The notes: generated by a model from the letters alone, not told the origin. 64,000 nucleotides of DNA from an uncultured Chloroflexia bacterium (GCA_963700285.1 CAVOXA010000001.1:1632001-1696000), one strand, 5' to 3'. Positions 1 to 11,467 are shown, numbered from the stretch's first letter. Program-made: numbers and translations.

Positions 1-2
1 GC

Positions 3-986
3 TTTCGTATCGGCTACATGAAGCCGGTCAGTTCGGGGATGCGTCTCTCAGATGGCGAGATCGATGAGGACGCCGAGTTTCTGAAGCACACATTTGTGCT
101 CCCGGACTCGCTGGAAGACATGGCTCCTGTGGGCATCGCGCGGCGTACCGTGGAGGCGATACTCCGGCAGGAAGAGAGCGAGGACTTTGCCGCTACGCTG
201 GCCTCTGCGTTTGGGCGGATCGCTCAAGGGCGGGACGTTGTGATCCTGGAAGGTGGCAGTAATCTGCGCGAGGGCTACCTGATCGACCTGCCTGCAGTTC
301 AGGTTGCCATGATGCTGGCTGCCCGGGTGTTGGTCGTCGTCAAGTACAACGACGAGATGCAAGTGTTGGACGATACGCTGACGGCGCGGGAGCGGCTGGG
401 CGAATCGTTCCTGGGCGTAGTATTCAACGCCATCCCCCGCCAGCAGATGCCTTTCATCCAGGAATTGGCCAGACCCGCGTTGGAGGAGCGAGGGGTGCCC
501 GTGCTGGCCGTGCTTCCCCAGGAGCGCCTGCTGCAGTCAGTCAGCGTGGGCGACCTGGTCGAGTTTCTCTCCGGAACTATTCTCTGCTGTGAGGACAAGA
601 CCCATGAGCTGGTTGAGCATCTCATGGTAGGCGCCATGAGCGTCGACTCGGCCCTATCCTACTTTCGCCGCAAGCCCAACAAGGCGGTGATCACCGGAGG
701 TGACCGGCCCGACATCCAGTTGGCGGCGCTGGAGACCAGTACCAAGTGCCTGATACTCACCGGCAACCTGCGCCCGAGTCCTATCATTCTTGGCCGGGCT
801 GAAGAGGTGGGCGTGCCCATGATCTTGGTGCGACAGGATACGCTGACCGCAGTCGAGGTGATCGAGCGCTTTTTTGGAAAAACGCGATTCCACCTGGAAA
901 AGAAGGTCCAGCGTTTTGAAGAGATGCTGGAGGACCGCTTTGATTTTGAGCGGCTATATGGGCTACTGGAGCTGGAAGAGAACTAG
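3..986 (+). CDS. Phosphotransacetylase-family protein (BioD-like N-terminal and DRTGG domains), 5'-truncated by the window edge
   Basis: The frame is open from the window start (FRIGYMKP). It contains DVVILEGG, LMVGAM and VITGGDR..IQLAALE, typical of stand-alone Pta N-terminal/DRTGG proteins. Confidence 0.85.
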   Translation, partial: FRIGYMKPVSSGMRLSDGEIDEDAEFLKHTFVLPDSLEDMAPVGIARRTVEAILRQEESEDFAATLASAFGRIAQGRDVVILEGGSNLREGYLIDLPAVQVAMMLAARVLVVVKYNDEMQVLDDTLTARERLGESFLGVVFNAIPRQQMPFIQELARPALEERGVPVLAVLPQERLLQSVSVGDLVEFLSGTILCCEDKTHELVEHLMVGAMSVDSALSYFRRKPNKAVITGGDRPDIQLAALETSTKCLILTGNLRPSPIILGRAEEVGVPMILVRQDTLTAVEVIERFFGKTRFHLEKKVQRFEEMLEDRFDFERLYGLLELEEN

Positions 987-1053
987 CCTGTGTGTTGAAC
1001 AAGGGGCGGCGAAGCCTGATGGGCTCCCGCAATCTCTCAGGAAAAGGCAATAA

Positions 1054-2358
<1,305 letters not shown>

Positions 2359-2377
2359 AGATAGTCGGGTCTCCAAG

Positions 2378-2464
2378 GGCGGACCGACTTTCCAGGGCAA
2401 TGTCGGCCCGCCGTGCAACCTGAATTGGGAGTCCCTCGCTTGCTCGGGCAGGCTGGGGGCTCCC
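2378..2464. terminator. Two GC-rich hairpins between convergent eno and MFS genes (probable terminator)
   Basis: Inverted repeats GGCGGACCGAC..GTCGGCCCGCC and GGGAGTCCC..GGGGCTCCC; no clear U-tract. Confidence 0.5.
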
Positions 2465-2538
2465 TGGCTATTGATCTAGGAATGTGCTATCAGCGTCCTG
2501 GAGCGTTCCAGGGCAGGACGTTGTCGTGATCTCACCCC

Positions 2539-3759
2539 TCAATCTGGAGCGATAGCGCGTTTTCTATCTTCGGCCTTGGGTACCAGGAACCAAACCATTA
2601 CCGTGGCCAGAAAAAAGAGCCCCGCGGCCATCAGGAACGGCGCGCGCAACCCCAGCGTTGCCGCGACCGTCGCCCCGAGCATCGGCCCTACCGCGTTGGC
2701 CATGGCGACCACGCTGGCATCCAAACCATAGACTGCACCCTGGCGACCCTCGGGCGCCAAGGTCGCCATGAGGGCGCTAATGGAGGCCAGCACGCCGCTC
2801 ATCACCAGTCCCAGCATCCCTTGCAGCACGAGGAGCTGCCAGACATCGCTGACAAAGAACTGGGGCACATAGATCAGGGCGACGCCGGCAGTGCAGGCCA
2901 GCAGCACGCGACGATAGCCAATCCGGTCGCTAGCGCGGCCCAATGTCACGGCTCCAATGGCGCTCGTCCCTGCACTCACACCGGAGATGAGGCCTGTGAG
3001 AGACGCGATGCGCGCCGTGGATGGCACCAGACTCTGGATAAAGAGGGGCAGGATGGGACCCGTCAAGCGTGTGGCCATGCGCACGACGGCGCGGATGGTA
3101 AACAGGGAAAGGAGTGAACGGTTGTGTACCACCAGCCTGATCCCGTACCAAAAGCCGCTCTCTGGGCTGGATCCATCGCGGGTAGGTGGCGTAAAGTCCT
3201 CGTCAACAAATCGCCAGACGGTGATGCCTGCCAGAAAAAGCAGGCTGCCAGTCACCAGAAAGGCGACGCGATAGCCCCAGGTGTCGGCCAACACGCCGCC
3301 GACCAGTGGTCCCACCGACGCACCGGTCCAGACTGCCATCTGGAGCAGACCCAGGGCATAGCCCGATCGGTCGCGGGGTGCTGAACTGGCTACCAGTGTC
3401 GTAGCCGCTGGGACGGTTCCTGTGAGCATGCCCTGGATAACGCGCAGGATGACCAACTGCTGCACGTTCTGAACAAAGCCCATAGCCGCGATCACCACGG
3501 CCCCGCCGAACATGGCCCGCTGGACCATCAGCTTTCGCCCGTAGCGGTCGGCCAGGGAGCCCCAAATGGGTGCGAAAATGGCCATGGTCACGGATTGGGC
3601 GGCAATGACTATCGCTGACCACAACTCTATTTCGTGCAGTTTGGTGATGCCCAATTCCTGGACATAGTAGGGGATGAAGGGAAAGATTACCGAAAAACCT
3701 GCGATGGCCACCAGTTCGGCGAGCCAAATCACATAAAGGTTGCGTTTCCAAGTTTCCAA
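2539..3759 (-). CDS. MFS transporter, MdtG/DHA1-like
   Basis: About 12 hydrophobic segments; WKRNLYV N-terminus; motif A (WGSLADRYGRK, GRASDRIGYR). Confidence 0.9.
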   Translation of the reverse strand: METWKRNLYVIWLAELVAIAGFSVIFPFIPYYVQELGITKLHEIELWSAIVIAAQSVTMAIFAPIWGSLADRYGRKLMVQRAMFGGAVVIAAMGFVQNVQQLVILRVIQGMLTGTVPAATTLVASSAPRDRSGYALGLLQMAVWTGASVGPLVGGVLADTWGYRVAFLVTGSLLFLAGITVWRFVDEDFTPPTRDGSSPESGFWYGIRLVVHNRSLLSLFTIRAVVRMATRLTGPILPLFIQSLVPSTARIASLTGLISGVSAGTSAIGAVTLGRASDRIGYRRVLLACTAGVALIYVPQFFVSDVWQLLVLQGMLGLVMSGVLASISALMATLAPEGRQGAVYGLDASVVAMANAVGPMLGATVAATLGLRAPFLMAAGLFFLATVMVWFLVPKAEDRKRAIAPD

Positions 3760-3876
3760 GTTCGGCCTCGATGCTCAACCCGCACCCGCTCGTGTTCCAG
3801 GCGGACGGGTGCAGGGGGCTCACGTCTTTGTGATAGCCTGGTGTCCAACTACGGGCTTGTGCGTCATCGTTGCCTC

Positions 3877-3904
3877 ATTATAGCACCACCTGTCCTGGCT
3901 GCAA
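3877..3904 (-). promoter_or_regulatory. Putative sigma70 promoter of the MFS gene
   Basis: TTGCAG-16 nt-TATAAT with extended -10 (TGcTATAAT) on the minus strand. Confidence 0.55.
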
Positions 3905-4045
3905 GCTTGAGCGGGGCAGGGACCGGATTGGGCCGTGAGCGACAATGCTTCCAGACCGCAGGTGCTGGGCCCGGGCAGGGTCTTTCCCCTGCAAGAGGCG
4001 AGACCTCCTCTCATCGAGGAACGTGGGGGACGGGCCTTCAGCCTC

Positions 4046-4074
4046 TTGCTGGCGATGGCTTGTTGTGCTATACT
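4046..4074 (+). promoter_or_regulatory. Putative sigma70 promoter of the MEMO gene
   Basis: TTGCTG-17 nt-TATACT with extended -10 TG. Confidence 0.55.
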
Positions 4075-4125
4075 ACTTGTATGGTTGACGGTATGGTCTC
4101 ACCCCAAGAGGCGTTGTCGAGGACG

Positions 4126-5340
4126 ATGAAGCCGAAACTACGTCAGGTCGAAGTCCAACCCATCCAGCATCAGGGTCAGCCCATGGTGCTGTTACGCGAT
4201 CCGTTGCATCTGTGCGACACGACTATCGCCATCCCGCGGGCGCTGGCGCCGGTGCTGGGGTTGATGGACGGCACCCGGGATGCAGCAGGACTCGATGCGG
4301 CATTGCAGGTGCGTGCCGGTGTGCGCCTGGCGCCGGGCCTGCTTGCCAAGCTACTGGCTGACCTGGACCAGGCATACCTCCTCGACAACCAGCGCTATGC
4401 CACCGCAAAGGCGGATCTGCTCCGTGCCTATCGGAGCGCGCCTTCCCGCCCGTCCAATCTGGCCAACGCCGGTTTTCCCTCGGACCCAGATCAGGTGGCT
4501 GCTCGCTTGCAGACTTGTGTGGATAGGCTGCCCCAGAAATCCTCTGGGCAAGGGGCAGGCACGATCCGGGGTCTCATCAGCCCCCACATCGACTATGAAC
4601 GCGGCGGGCCGGTGTACGCTGAAGTGTGGGCCGCAGCAGCCGAGGCGGTTCGCGAAGCCGAACTTGTCATCGTCCTGGGAACCGACCATCACGGCAGCGC
4701 GGGGACGCTGACCCTGACTCGCCAGTCCTATGCCACGCCCTGGGGCAGCTTGCCGACCAGCAGTGAGGTTGTCGGTGCGCTGGCCTGCGTCCTGGGAGAG
4801 GACGAGGTCTTTGCCGAGGAGCTTCATCACAAGGGTGAGCATTCGATTGAACTGGCGGCAGTGTGGCTCCATTTTATCCGGAACGGAGAACCTGTGCCCA
4901 TCGTCCCGATCTTGTGCGGACACTTTGGCGACTTTGTTTCGGGGCGAGCTGACCCAAGCGACTACCAGCCCTTTGCCGACGCGCTGGCACTGCTGCAAGA
5001 TGTCATGGCTTCGCGCCGGACGCTGGTCGTGGCCGCAGCCGACCTGGCGCACATGGGGCCAGCCTTTGGCGATCCCTACGGGCTGGACTACATCAGCCAG
5101 GCACGACTGCGGAATGCCGATGGGCGGCTGCTGGAGGCGGTCTACAGGGGCGACGCGGACGCTTTCTTTGAGCAGTTGAAGGCAGAGGGTGACCGGCGGC
5201 ACGTGTGTGGCCTGCCTCCCATTTATCTGGCCCTGCGCCTGCTGCAATCGAGCAGGGGGGAAGCGGCTGGTTACGACCTCTGTCCCGCCGATCCGCAGGG
5301 GATGTCGTTCGTGACCATCGCAGGTGTGACGCTCTGGTAA
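4126..5340 (+). CDS. amrB: AmmeMemoRadiSam system protein B (MEMO1 family), long form with N-terminal extension
   Basis: Motifs LISPHIDYERGG, GTDH, EHSIE, ADLAHMG and VCGLPP. Start placed at ATG 4126 (GAGG RBS); ATG 4081 is an alternative. The ORF-track start at 3634 overlaps the MFS gene. Confidence 0.85.
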   Translation: MKPKLRQVEVQPIQHQGQPMVLLRDPLHLCDTTIAIPRALAPVLGLMDGTRDAAGLDAALQVRAGVRLAPGLLAKLLADLDQAYLLDNQRYATAKADLLRAYRSAPSRPSNLANAGFPSDPDQVAARLQTCVDRLPQKSSGQGAGTIRGLISPHIDYERGGPVYAEVWAAAAEAVREAELVIVLGTDHHGSAGTLTLTRQSYATPWGSLPTSSEVVGALACVLGEDEVFAEELHHKGEHSIELAAVWLHFIRNGEPVPIVPILCGHFGDFVSGRADPSDYQPFADALALLQDVMASRRTLVVAAADLAHMGPAFGDPYGLDYISQARLRNADGRLLEAVYRGDADAFFEQLKAEGDRRHVCGLPPIYLALRLLQSSRGEAAGYDLCPADPQGMSFVTIAGVTLW

Positions 5341-5483
5341 TGATAGCCGGGATCAGCGTATCGTGGCGGCCATTCATTCATGCTGATACGTCTGCTAAAC
5401 TGAGATGCGCACAAGCGCGCACTGCGAACGAAGGCACCCGGAAGGGATCTTGCCAGTCAGTATCTATCGTTTGAGGAGGAAAG

Positions 5484-6248
5484 ATGGGATTCGAGTTTGG
5501 GGGAAAAGTTGCCCTTGTTACGGGCTCTTCACGGGGGATTGGCCGAGCCATTGTACTGCAACTGGCCGAAGCAGGAGCAAGGGTCGTCGTCCACTACCAC
5601 CAGGACAGGCCGGCGGCGAACCGTACGCTGGCCGACCTGGCCGGCGACGGACACATGCTTGTTCAAGGGGACGTTTCAGATCCCATAGCTGTCCAGGAGA
5701 TGACCGAGTCGGTATTCCATCGTATGGGTCGGATCGATGTTCTGGTCAACAACGCTGGGATCTATGAGGATCACCCCATTGCCGAGGTGCCATACGAAAA
5801 GTGGCAAGGCGCTTGGGAAAAGATTCTGGCGACCAACCTCCTGGGACCGGCAAACTTGTCCTACTGTGTTGCGCAAAAGATGATAGAGACGGGCGGAGGC
5901 AGGATCGTCAATGTGTCTTCCAGGGGGGCATTTCGAGGGGAACCCAACGGTCCAGCCTATGGTGCCAGCAAAGCGGGCATGAACGCTATGAGCCAGTCCC
6001 TGGCCCAGGCGCTGGCTCCGCACAACGTTTTCGTCTACGTCGTTGCCCCTGGTTTTGTGGATACCGAAATGTCCACCTCAACGCTGGCGGGTCCCAAGGG
6101 CGACTCGATCCGCAACCAGAGCCCCCTGGGACGTGTGGCAAGGCCTGAAGAGGTGGCCCGTACTGTTGTATTCTTGGCATCAGAAGGGACAGAGTTTTTG
6201 ACCGGATGCATCATCGATGTGAATGGTGCATCCTATCTTCGAACCTGA
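5484..6248 (+). CDS. SDR-family oxidoreductase (FabG-like)
   Basis: [12 protein letters not shown] and catalytic YGASK; RBS GAGGAGG. Confidence 0.92.
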   Translation: MGFEFGGKVALVTGSSRGIGRAIVLQLAEAGARVVVHYHQDRPAANRTLADLAGDGHMLVQGDVSDPIAVQEMTESVFHRMGRIDVLVNNAGIYEDHPIAEVPYEKWQGAWEKILATNLLGPANLSYCVAQKMIETGGGRIVNVSSRGAFRGEPNGPAYGASKAGMNAMSQSLAQALAPHNVFVYVVAPGFVDTEMSTSTLAGPKGDSIRNQSPLGRVARPEEVARTVVFLASEGTEFLTGCIIDVNGASYLRT

Positions 6249-6346
6249 TTGCGCGAGCCCTGCGTTGTGCCCACCGGTCATCGACTCGGGATCGGCCGGC
6301 GTGTATCGGAACGGCTCCGGTCACCTGTCGCCAGAGAGGAGTGGCC

Positions 6347-8317
6347 ATGACAGCTTTACCCATAACCCATTTGACGCTGTACAAGCATGGCGTTGGCTTT
6401 TTCGAGCGTCGCGCCAAACTGGACGGGGAGCAGGTCGAGATCTCTTTCCGGGTGGAGGAGATGAACGATGTTCTCAAGAGCCTGACGGCCATCGACTGGG
6501 GCGGGGGCCAGGTGCTGGGCATCGACTATGCGACGCCCACAAGTCGCGAGGAGCGGCTGGCCGGTTGTTCTATTCACCTGGCTGACCACCGGAGCTTTCG
6601 CGACCTGCTGGCCAGCCTGCGCGGGCGCCGGGTGCGCTTGCTTTTGGAACAGGAAGAAAAGGCTGCCGGAACCCTGCTGGGCCTTGATGAAGAGCTGGCG
6701 CCACAGCCACGCATTGCCTCACAACCGTTGGCTGCGCCCTTGGTTTCTCTACTGCTGGACGAGACGGACCAGGTCCAAAAGGTCGGCCTGCGGTTGGTGC
6801 AGGGCGTGGAAATCTTGGATGAGCGCGGGGCGAATGACCTCCGTTTCTTTCTGCGGACAGCTCTCACCCAGGAAGAATACCGGCAGGTGACCATCCGCCT
6901 CACGCCGGGGGAGCATGACCTCTCGGTCAGCTATATTGCTCCAGCGCCGACATGGCGGGTAAGCTATCGCCTGGTGGCGGGAGAGGCCACGGCAGGCACC
7001 AAGGGCAACGAGGGCAGCGCGCTGCTCCTGGGCTGGGGCATCTTTGACAACCGGTTGGAGGAGGACCTGGAGGGTATCTCATTGTCGCTCGTGGCAGGGA
7101 TGCCTATCTCTTTTGTCTACGACCTCTACACACCGTACACGCCGGAACGACCGGTGGTTCAGGAGGAAGGTCGCGTAGCGGCTGCTCCAGTGGAGTTTGA
7201 CAAAGCAGTCAAAGGGGACATGCTCCGCTCCATGGCAATGAGGGACGAGCCTTCGATGGCCATGGGGGCGGCGATGGGGCCAGCAGCCCAGCATACCCGC
7301 GGCGCCATGAGTCGTGAGGCGCTGGAACAAGCCGCCCCGGTGGCGGCGATGGGCAAAGATCTGGGCCAGTTGTTCCAGTACGCCATCACCACGCCGGTGA
7401 CGGCGGGCCGGGGCCAGTCGGCCATGGTGCCCATCGTCTCCTCGGATCTGCCTTGCCGCAAAGATCTGCTCTACAACGGATCCAAGCTGGCAGAGCACCC
7501 CGTCGCTACGCTGCGGCTAGAAAACGAAACAGGTCTGACCCTGGAGCGCGGACCGGTGACAGTAATCGACGGCGGCGAGTACGTCGGTGAGGCATTGCTG
7601 CCCTTTACGGCGCCTGGCGGCGAGCTCATAGTACCCCATGCCGTGGAGTTGGGCATCACGGTCCGGGAAGAGGTTGGTTCCAGCCAGCAGATTCATGGTC
7701 TCCGGGTCCGGGGAACTTTTCTGCGCGTCGAGGAGTGGGACGTCCGTTTTCGGGACTACCAACTCAACAACGGAACGGCAGAGTCCATGACGGTGCTGCT
7801 AGAACATCCACGCACGGCCGGCTATGACCTATTCGATACGCCGGTACCCGAGGAGCGAACCAGCGAGGTTCTTCGATTTGCTGTCGCCGTTCCGGCCATG
7901 GGTGAGAGCAGTCTGCGGGTTCAGGAGCGCAGGCTGGTGAGCAGGCGGGAGGAACTGCGCAAGCAGTCGTACAGGGGCCTGCAGCACTATCTGGGCCAAG
8001 GACTGATAGACATTGAGACCCACGCCCAGGTGGCTGAACTCCTGGGCCTTTGGGAGCGCGTCTCAGACAACGAGCACTCCCTGAAAGAAACCGAGCAGGA
8101 GCGTCAAAAGATCTTTGGCGTTCAGCAGCAGATACAGGGGAATATGGGCGCACTGTCAGCGACAGGCAAAGAGGGAGCGCTGCGCGCGCGCTACGTGGAA
8201 CAGCTTGAGGCCAGCGAGGTTGAGTTACGCGCACTAGAGGCCCGGGAATCGGGTCTTCAGGAGGAGATTGAGAGACTCAAAAGGCTGATCCGCGACCGGA
8301 TTCAGGCACTGGCATAG
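6347..8317 (+). CDS. DUF4139/DUF4140-like protein
   Basis: LPITHLTLYKHGVGFFER, MNDVLKSL, PTWRVSYRL, GQSAMVPI and a C-terminal coiled coil. Start re-placed after RBS AGGAG. Confidence 0.7.
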   Translation: MTALPITHLTLYKHGVGFFERRAKLDGEQVEISFRVEEMNDVLKSLTAIDWGGGQVLGIDYATPTSREERLAGCSIHLADHRSFRDLLASLRGRRVRLLLEQEEKAAGTLLGLDEELAPQPRIASQPLAAPLVSLLLDETDQVQKVGLRLVQGVEILDERGANDLRFFLRTALTQEEYRQVTIRLTPGEHDLSVSYIAPAPTWRVSYRLVAGEATAGTKGNEGSALLLGWGIFDNRLEEDLEGISLSLVAGMPISFVYDLYTPYTPERPVVQEEGRVAAAPVEFDKAVKGDMLRSMAMRDEPSMAMGAAMGPAAQHTRGAMSREALEQAAPVAAMGKDLGQLFQYAITTPVTAGRGQSAMVPIVSSDLPCRKDLLYNGSKLAEHPVATLRLENETGLTLERGPVTVIDGGEYVGEALLPFTAPGGELIVPHAVELGITVREEVGSSQQIHGLRVRGTFLRVEEWDVRFRDYQLNNGTAESMTVLLEHPRTAGYDLFDTPVPEERTSEVLRFAVAVPAMGESSLRVQERRLVSRREELRKQSYRGLQHYLGQGLIDIETHAQVAELLGLWERVSDNEHSLKETEQERQKIFGVQQQIQGNMGALSATGKEGALRARYVEQLEASEVELRALEARESGLQEEIERLKRLIRDRIQALA

Positions 8318-8377
8318 GCAACGGACGAGTAGACAAGGAGCAATTCCTTGCCTACTCGATGGTCTGCACGCTGCCAG

Positions 8378-8914
8378 CTACAGGGTTGCCTCGGCGAGCA
8401 TGTCCAGCAGGCCCTGGCGCTTTTCAGCATATTGGTCATCATCAAACAGCGGAGTACAGGATTCAGCGCCGGCTTCGCCAACCGTCAGCTTGCTGGCAAA
8501 GGCAAAGCAGGTGGGCGCGCCGCAGAGCTTGCAGTTGGTCTGAGGCAGAAGCTGATAGATCTCCATGGCCACCAATCGCTTGCGCGGTGTGGTCAGGGGA
8601 TCCAGGTTCTCTCGATCCATCCAGATGCGGTTTACCTCGGCCAGGATCTTTTCCATCTCAATGGTGGCCGAGTCCCGGTCGGGCAGGTTGCTGATGGTGA
8701 TCTCGTGGGTCTTGAGAGCAACGGCTCGATCCTCAAACCGGAACGTGATCTGCTTGGCGCCAGGGCTATAGATGGCATCTTTCCATTGGGCATTGAGGTA
8801 CGGGAATACGTCGCTGATGTCGTCTTGAAAGCGGGCTGTGGCATTCCAGTACTCGGCGCCCGGCTCGCAGGCCGGCGCCTCCAGGTGCAGATCGTAGTCT
8901 TTTGCGATGAACAC
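8378..8914 (-). CDS. (Fe-S)-binding protein with C-terminal putative FeS domain (AcsC/RnfB N-terminal-like)
   Basis: IYQLLPQTNCKLCGAPTCFAFA...CTPL; GTG start after GGGAGG. Confidence 0.8.
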   Translation of the reverse strand: MFIAKDYDLHLEAPACEPGAEYWNATARFQDDISDVFPYLNAQWKDAIYSPGAKQITFRFEDRAVALKTHEITISNLPDRDSATIEMEKILAEVNRIWMDRENLDPLTTPRKRLVAMEIYQLLPQTNCKLCGAPTCFAFASKLTVGEAGAESCTPLFDDDQYAEKRQGLLDMLAEATL

Positions 8915-8969
8915 GGCATGTACCTCCCAATTGTCTGATGGTTTCCCCAAGCGTATCGCGCACGCAAAA

Positions 8970-8998
8970 AGTGTACCATGCACCGATGTGAATGTCAA
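8970..8998 (-). promoter_or_regulatory. Sigma70 promoter of the Fe-S protein gene
   Basis: TTGACA-17 nt-TACACT with extended -10 TG. Confidence 0.7.
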
Positions 8999-9162
8999 GA
9001 ACATAACTGTACCTATCCGAAGAGGCTCGAGTCCCGCTCTTGGGCGACCTGTACCCCTGGGCTCTGGGCTTCGAGAGAGATTTCGGGGGTTCCAATCTGC
9101 ACCAGGGCCTGCTGCGGTTGGCCGGCGCCGTACCATCGTCAAGACCTGCTTGCAGGGTATCA

Positions 9163-9202
9163 AGAGGCCCCAGCCAGCAACCGGCTGAGGCCTCTGTTTT
9201 TT
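9163..9202 (+). terminator. Rho-independent terminator-like hairpin with its T-tract on the plus strand (possibly bidirectional)
   Basis: AGAGGCCccagcc..ggctgaGGCCTCT followed by GTTTTTT. Confidence 0.6.
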
Positions 9203-9284
9203 CTGCTTGGGCGGAGATTGCTGCCTTTCGGCAAAAATCGCCTTCACACGCAATGACTATGCGGCGAGGCTCTTGTGTCCAGAT

Positions 9285-11174
9285 CTAGAGCAGGCCATCG
9301 AGTTCCAGGTTGTGCAGGCACGCCTCCGTAGGTTCGCCGGTCTCCGGATCCCACTGCATCATCTCAAAGAAGCGGCTTCTGGCCCAGGCCAGCGCCTCAT
9401 CCGTGATCTCGCTGCCCTCCAGCGGCCCGCTCTCAAAAGCCGTCATCACGCGCCTGGGAAGCTTGTCGTCGGCGACGGAAAGCCCCTCGCGCAGGTTAAA
9501 GAGGCGCGCCAGCGTCTGAGCCCGCGCTCCGACGGCCAGAACGTCGTGGATGCCATACTCGATCCCGCTTACCCCGGACAGTGCCTCGGCCAGGTGCGCA
9601 TAGTCGTAGCAGTAAAAGTGACAGTTGCAGGCGCAGTCCTGGAAGTGCATCCAGTTCACCTCGTGGTAGAAAATCTGCATCTTGTCCTCGTTCAACACGT
9701 CCTTGGGCAGGGGCGCTATTGGGGTTTCCACCGCTGAGTTCACCCGTCGCAAGAATCGACCATCGGAAGCGTAAGAGGGGTCGTGGATGTTCACCATGTG
9801 GTCCGCGCCTATGGGAGAAACTGCATAGCCGACGCCCAGTCCGTGCTTGTGGCGCGGCTCGTGCATGGGAAATTCCTGTCCCTTCACGGTCACGTTGAAC
9901 GGTTCCGTTTCTGGCCCAAAGCGGGTGCTCATCCGATCCACTCCCTCGGCCATGACGTCGCCAAACCCCTCCCGTTTGCCGATCATCTCCATGGAGCGTA
10001 CCACAATGTCGCCGTCTCCCCACCGGTACTCCAGTCCGCCGGTGTCCGTACTACTCAGAAACCCGTTCTCAAAGCATTCCATGACAAAGGCGATGGACAT
10101 GCCGGCCGAGATGCAGTCCAGACCGTAGGCATTGGCCAATTCGTTGGCCTTGAGCACAGCTAGGTTGTCGTGCACGTCACAGGCGGAACCAAGGGCGCCC
10201 ATGGCCTCGTACTCTGCGCCGCCGTATCGGGGGTCGAGGCTTCGGAACGGATCCTCGTCTTCATTCTCAAAGACCTGCTTGCAGTGTACGGGGCAACCCA
10301 TGCAGGTATCGCGCCCCTTGAGGAACATCTCATAGTTCCGTTCGCCGCTAAGCGATTCAGGATTCTCAAAAAGGGCCTGACCAAAGTTACGCGTCGGCAG
10401 GTTGCCGACAAAGGCGTTGTTCATCACCGCGTCCTGGGTGCCGCGGCCCAGACCTTCAGTTGCCCAGGCCATGAGATCTTTATAATTGTCAGCTAGCCAC
10501 TTGGCCACGGCGGTAACCCGCTTGCGGTCGGCGATGGGCAACTGCTGGGTACCGCGTACGGCCACAGCCTTGAGGTTCTTGGAGCCCATAACTGCGCCCA
10601 GGCCGTTGCGACCAGCCGCTCGGTTGATGTCGTGCATGACGGCGGCGTAGCGCACCAGATTCTCGCCGCCGGGACCAATCTGGGCCACGCGTACCCGCTC
10701 ATCTCCCAACTCCTGGCGGATGGCTTCCTCAGTGGGAGCCGTCAGCAAACCCCACAGGTGCCCTGCGGGCCGGATCTCGACTTTGCCATCCTTGATCCAG
10801 AGGTAGACGGGCAGCTCGGCCTGGCCCCGGATCACCAGCGCATCAAAGCCAGCTCGCTTGAACTCGTGCCCCCACCAACCCCCCACCTCCGAACTGCCGG
10901 CGCCGCCGGTGAGGGGTGACTTGCCACCCACTCCGTGACGGCCGGCGCCCGGGAGGTTGCTTCCCTGCATGATACCAGGGGCAAAAATGAGCAGGTTGTC
11001 AGGGCCTAGGGGGTCCGCTAGCGGCGGCATGTCGCGCAGCATCAGGTAGGTGGACAATGCCCGCCCGCCAACCAGCAGTCGGTAAAAGTCCTCGCCCGGT
11101 TCCTCGATGTGGGTTTTGCCTGAGGTCAGATCGACGTGCAGGATCTTGCCGTTTGTACCACCAATCATTGTCAA
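9285..11174 (-). CDS. Aldehyde:ferredoxin oxidoreductase (tungsten AOR family)
   Basis: GKILHVDLT, KSPLTG, IGPGGEN, AAGRNGLGAVMGSKNLKA, CMGCPVHC, EYEA and VKGQE..MHEPR. Confidence 0.93.
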   Translation of the reverse strand: MTMIGGTNGKILHVDLTSGKTHIEEPGEDFYRLLVGGRALSTYLMLRDMPPLADPLGPDNLLIFAPGIMQGSNLPGAGRHGVGGKSPLTGGAGSSEVGGWWGHEFKRAGFDALVIRGQAELPVYLWIKDGKVEIRPAGHLWGLLTAPTEEAIRQELGDERVRVAQIGPGGENLVRYAAVMHDINRAAGRNGLGAVMGSKNLKAVAVRGTQQLPIADRKRVTAVAKWLADNYKDLMAWATEGLGRGTQDAVMNNAFVGNLPTRNFGQALFENPESLSGERNYEMFLKGRDTCMGCPVHCKQVFENEDEDPFRSLDPRYGGAEYEAMGALGSACDVHDNLAVLKANELANAYGLDCISAGMSIAFVMECFENGFLSSTDTGGLEYRWGDGDIVVRSMEMIGKREGFGDVMAEGVDRMSTRFGPETEPFNVTVKGQEFPMHEPRHKHGLGVGYAVSPIGADHMVNIHDPSYASDGRFLRRVNSAVETPIAPLPKDVLNEDKMQIFYHEVNWMHFQDCACNCHFYCYDYAHLAEALSGVSGIEYGIHDVLAVGARAQTLARLFNLREGLSVADDKLPRRVMTAFESGPLEGSEITDEALAWARSRFFEMMQWDPETGEPTEACLHNLELDGLL

Positions 11175-11353
11175 TTACCCTTTCTATGAGCTTCGATACT
11201 ATCCAAAAATGTTGTCACCAGGGAGATTGCCAGAGTTACGGAAAAAGAGTGCCAAAGGACCCCGTCGACATCAAGGGCCCGGTGGTTGCTGTGCTTCAAG
11301 TCCGGCTATTGCAGTACGCTCCAGGGTTGTACCTTGTGTAACTGGACCCTTGG

Positions 11354-11382
11354 TTTATACACTGAACCGGACAAACAGTCAA
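11354..11382 (-). promoter_or_regulatory. Putative sigma70 promoter of the AOR gene
   Basis: TTGACT-17 nt-TATAAA, implying a 5' UTR of about 170 nt. Confidence 0.5.
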
Positions 11383-11467
11383 ATTGCAGTCAAAGTTAGC
11401 CTTGGCTGGAGCGTATGAGAAGGTCGTGGGCGGTGAGGCGCCGACCTTGATCTCATCCTACCACCCT

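Noticed and set aside
975-1050. Glycine-riboswitch-like string (CGAAG...AATCTCTCAGGAAAAGG) upstream of eno
   Set aside because: The GGAGA/CCGAAG pairing register is missing, a simple CCTGA/TCAGG hairpin explains it, and the enolase context does not fit.
3634-4080. Long N-terminal extensions in the ORF track (MEMO, DUF4139, Fe-S protein, ECF T, E2, GH3)
   Set aside because: They overlap neighbouring genes or promoters, and downstream starts have proper RBSs.
11175-11350. Moco/Wco riboswitch in the long AOR leader
   Set aside because: I recognised no Moco-motif consensus elements; cmscan would be needed to exclude it fully.
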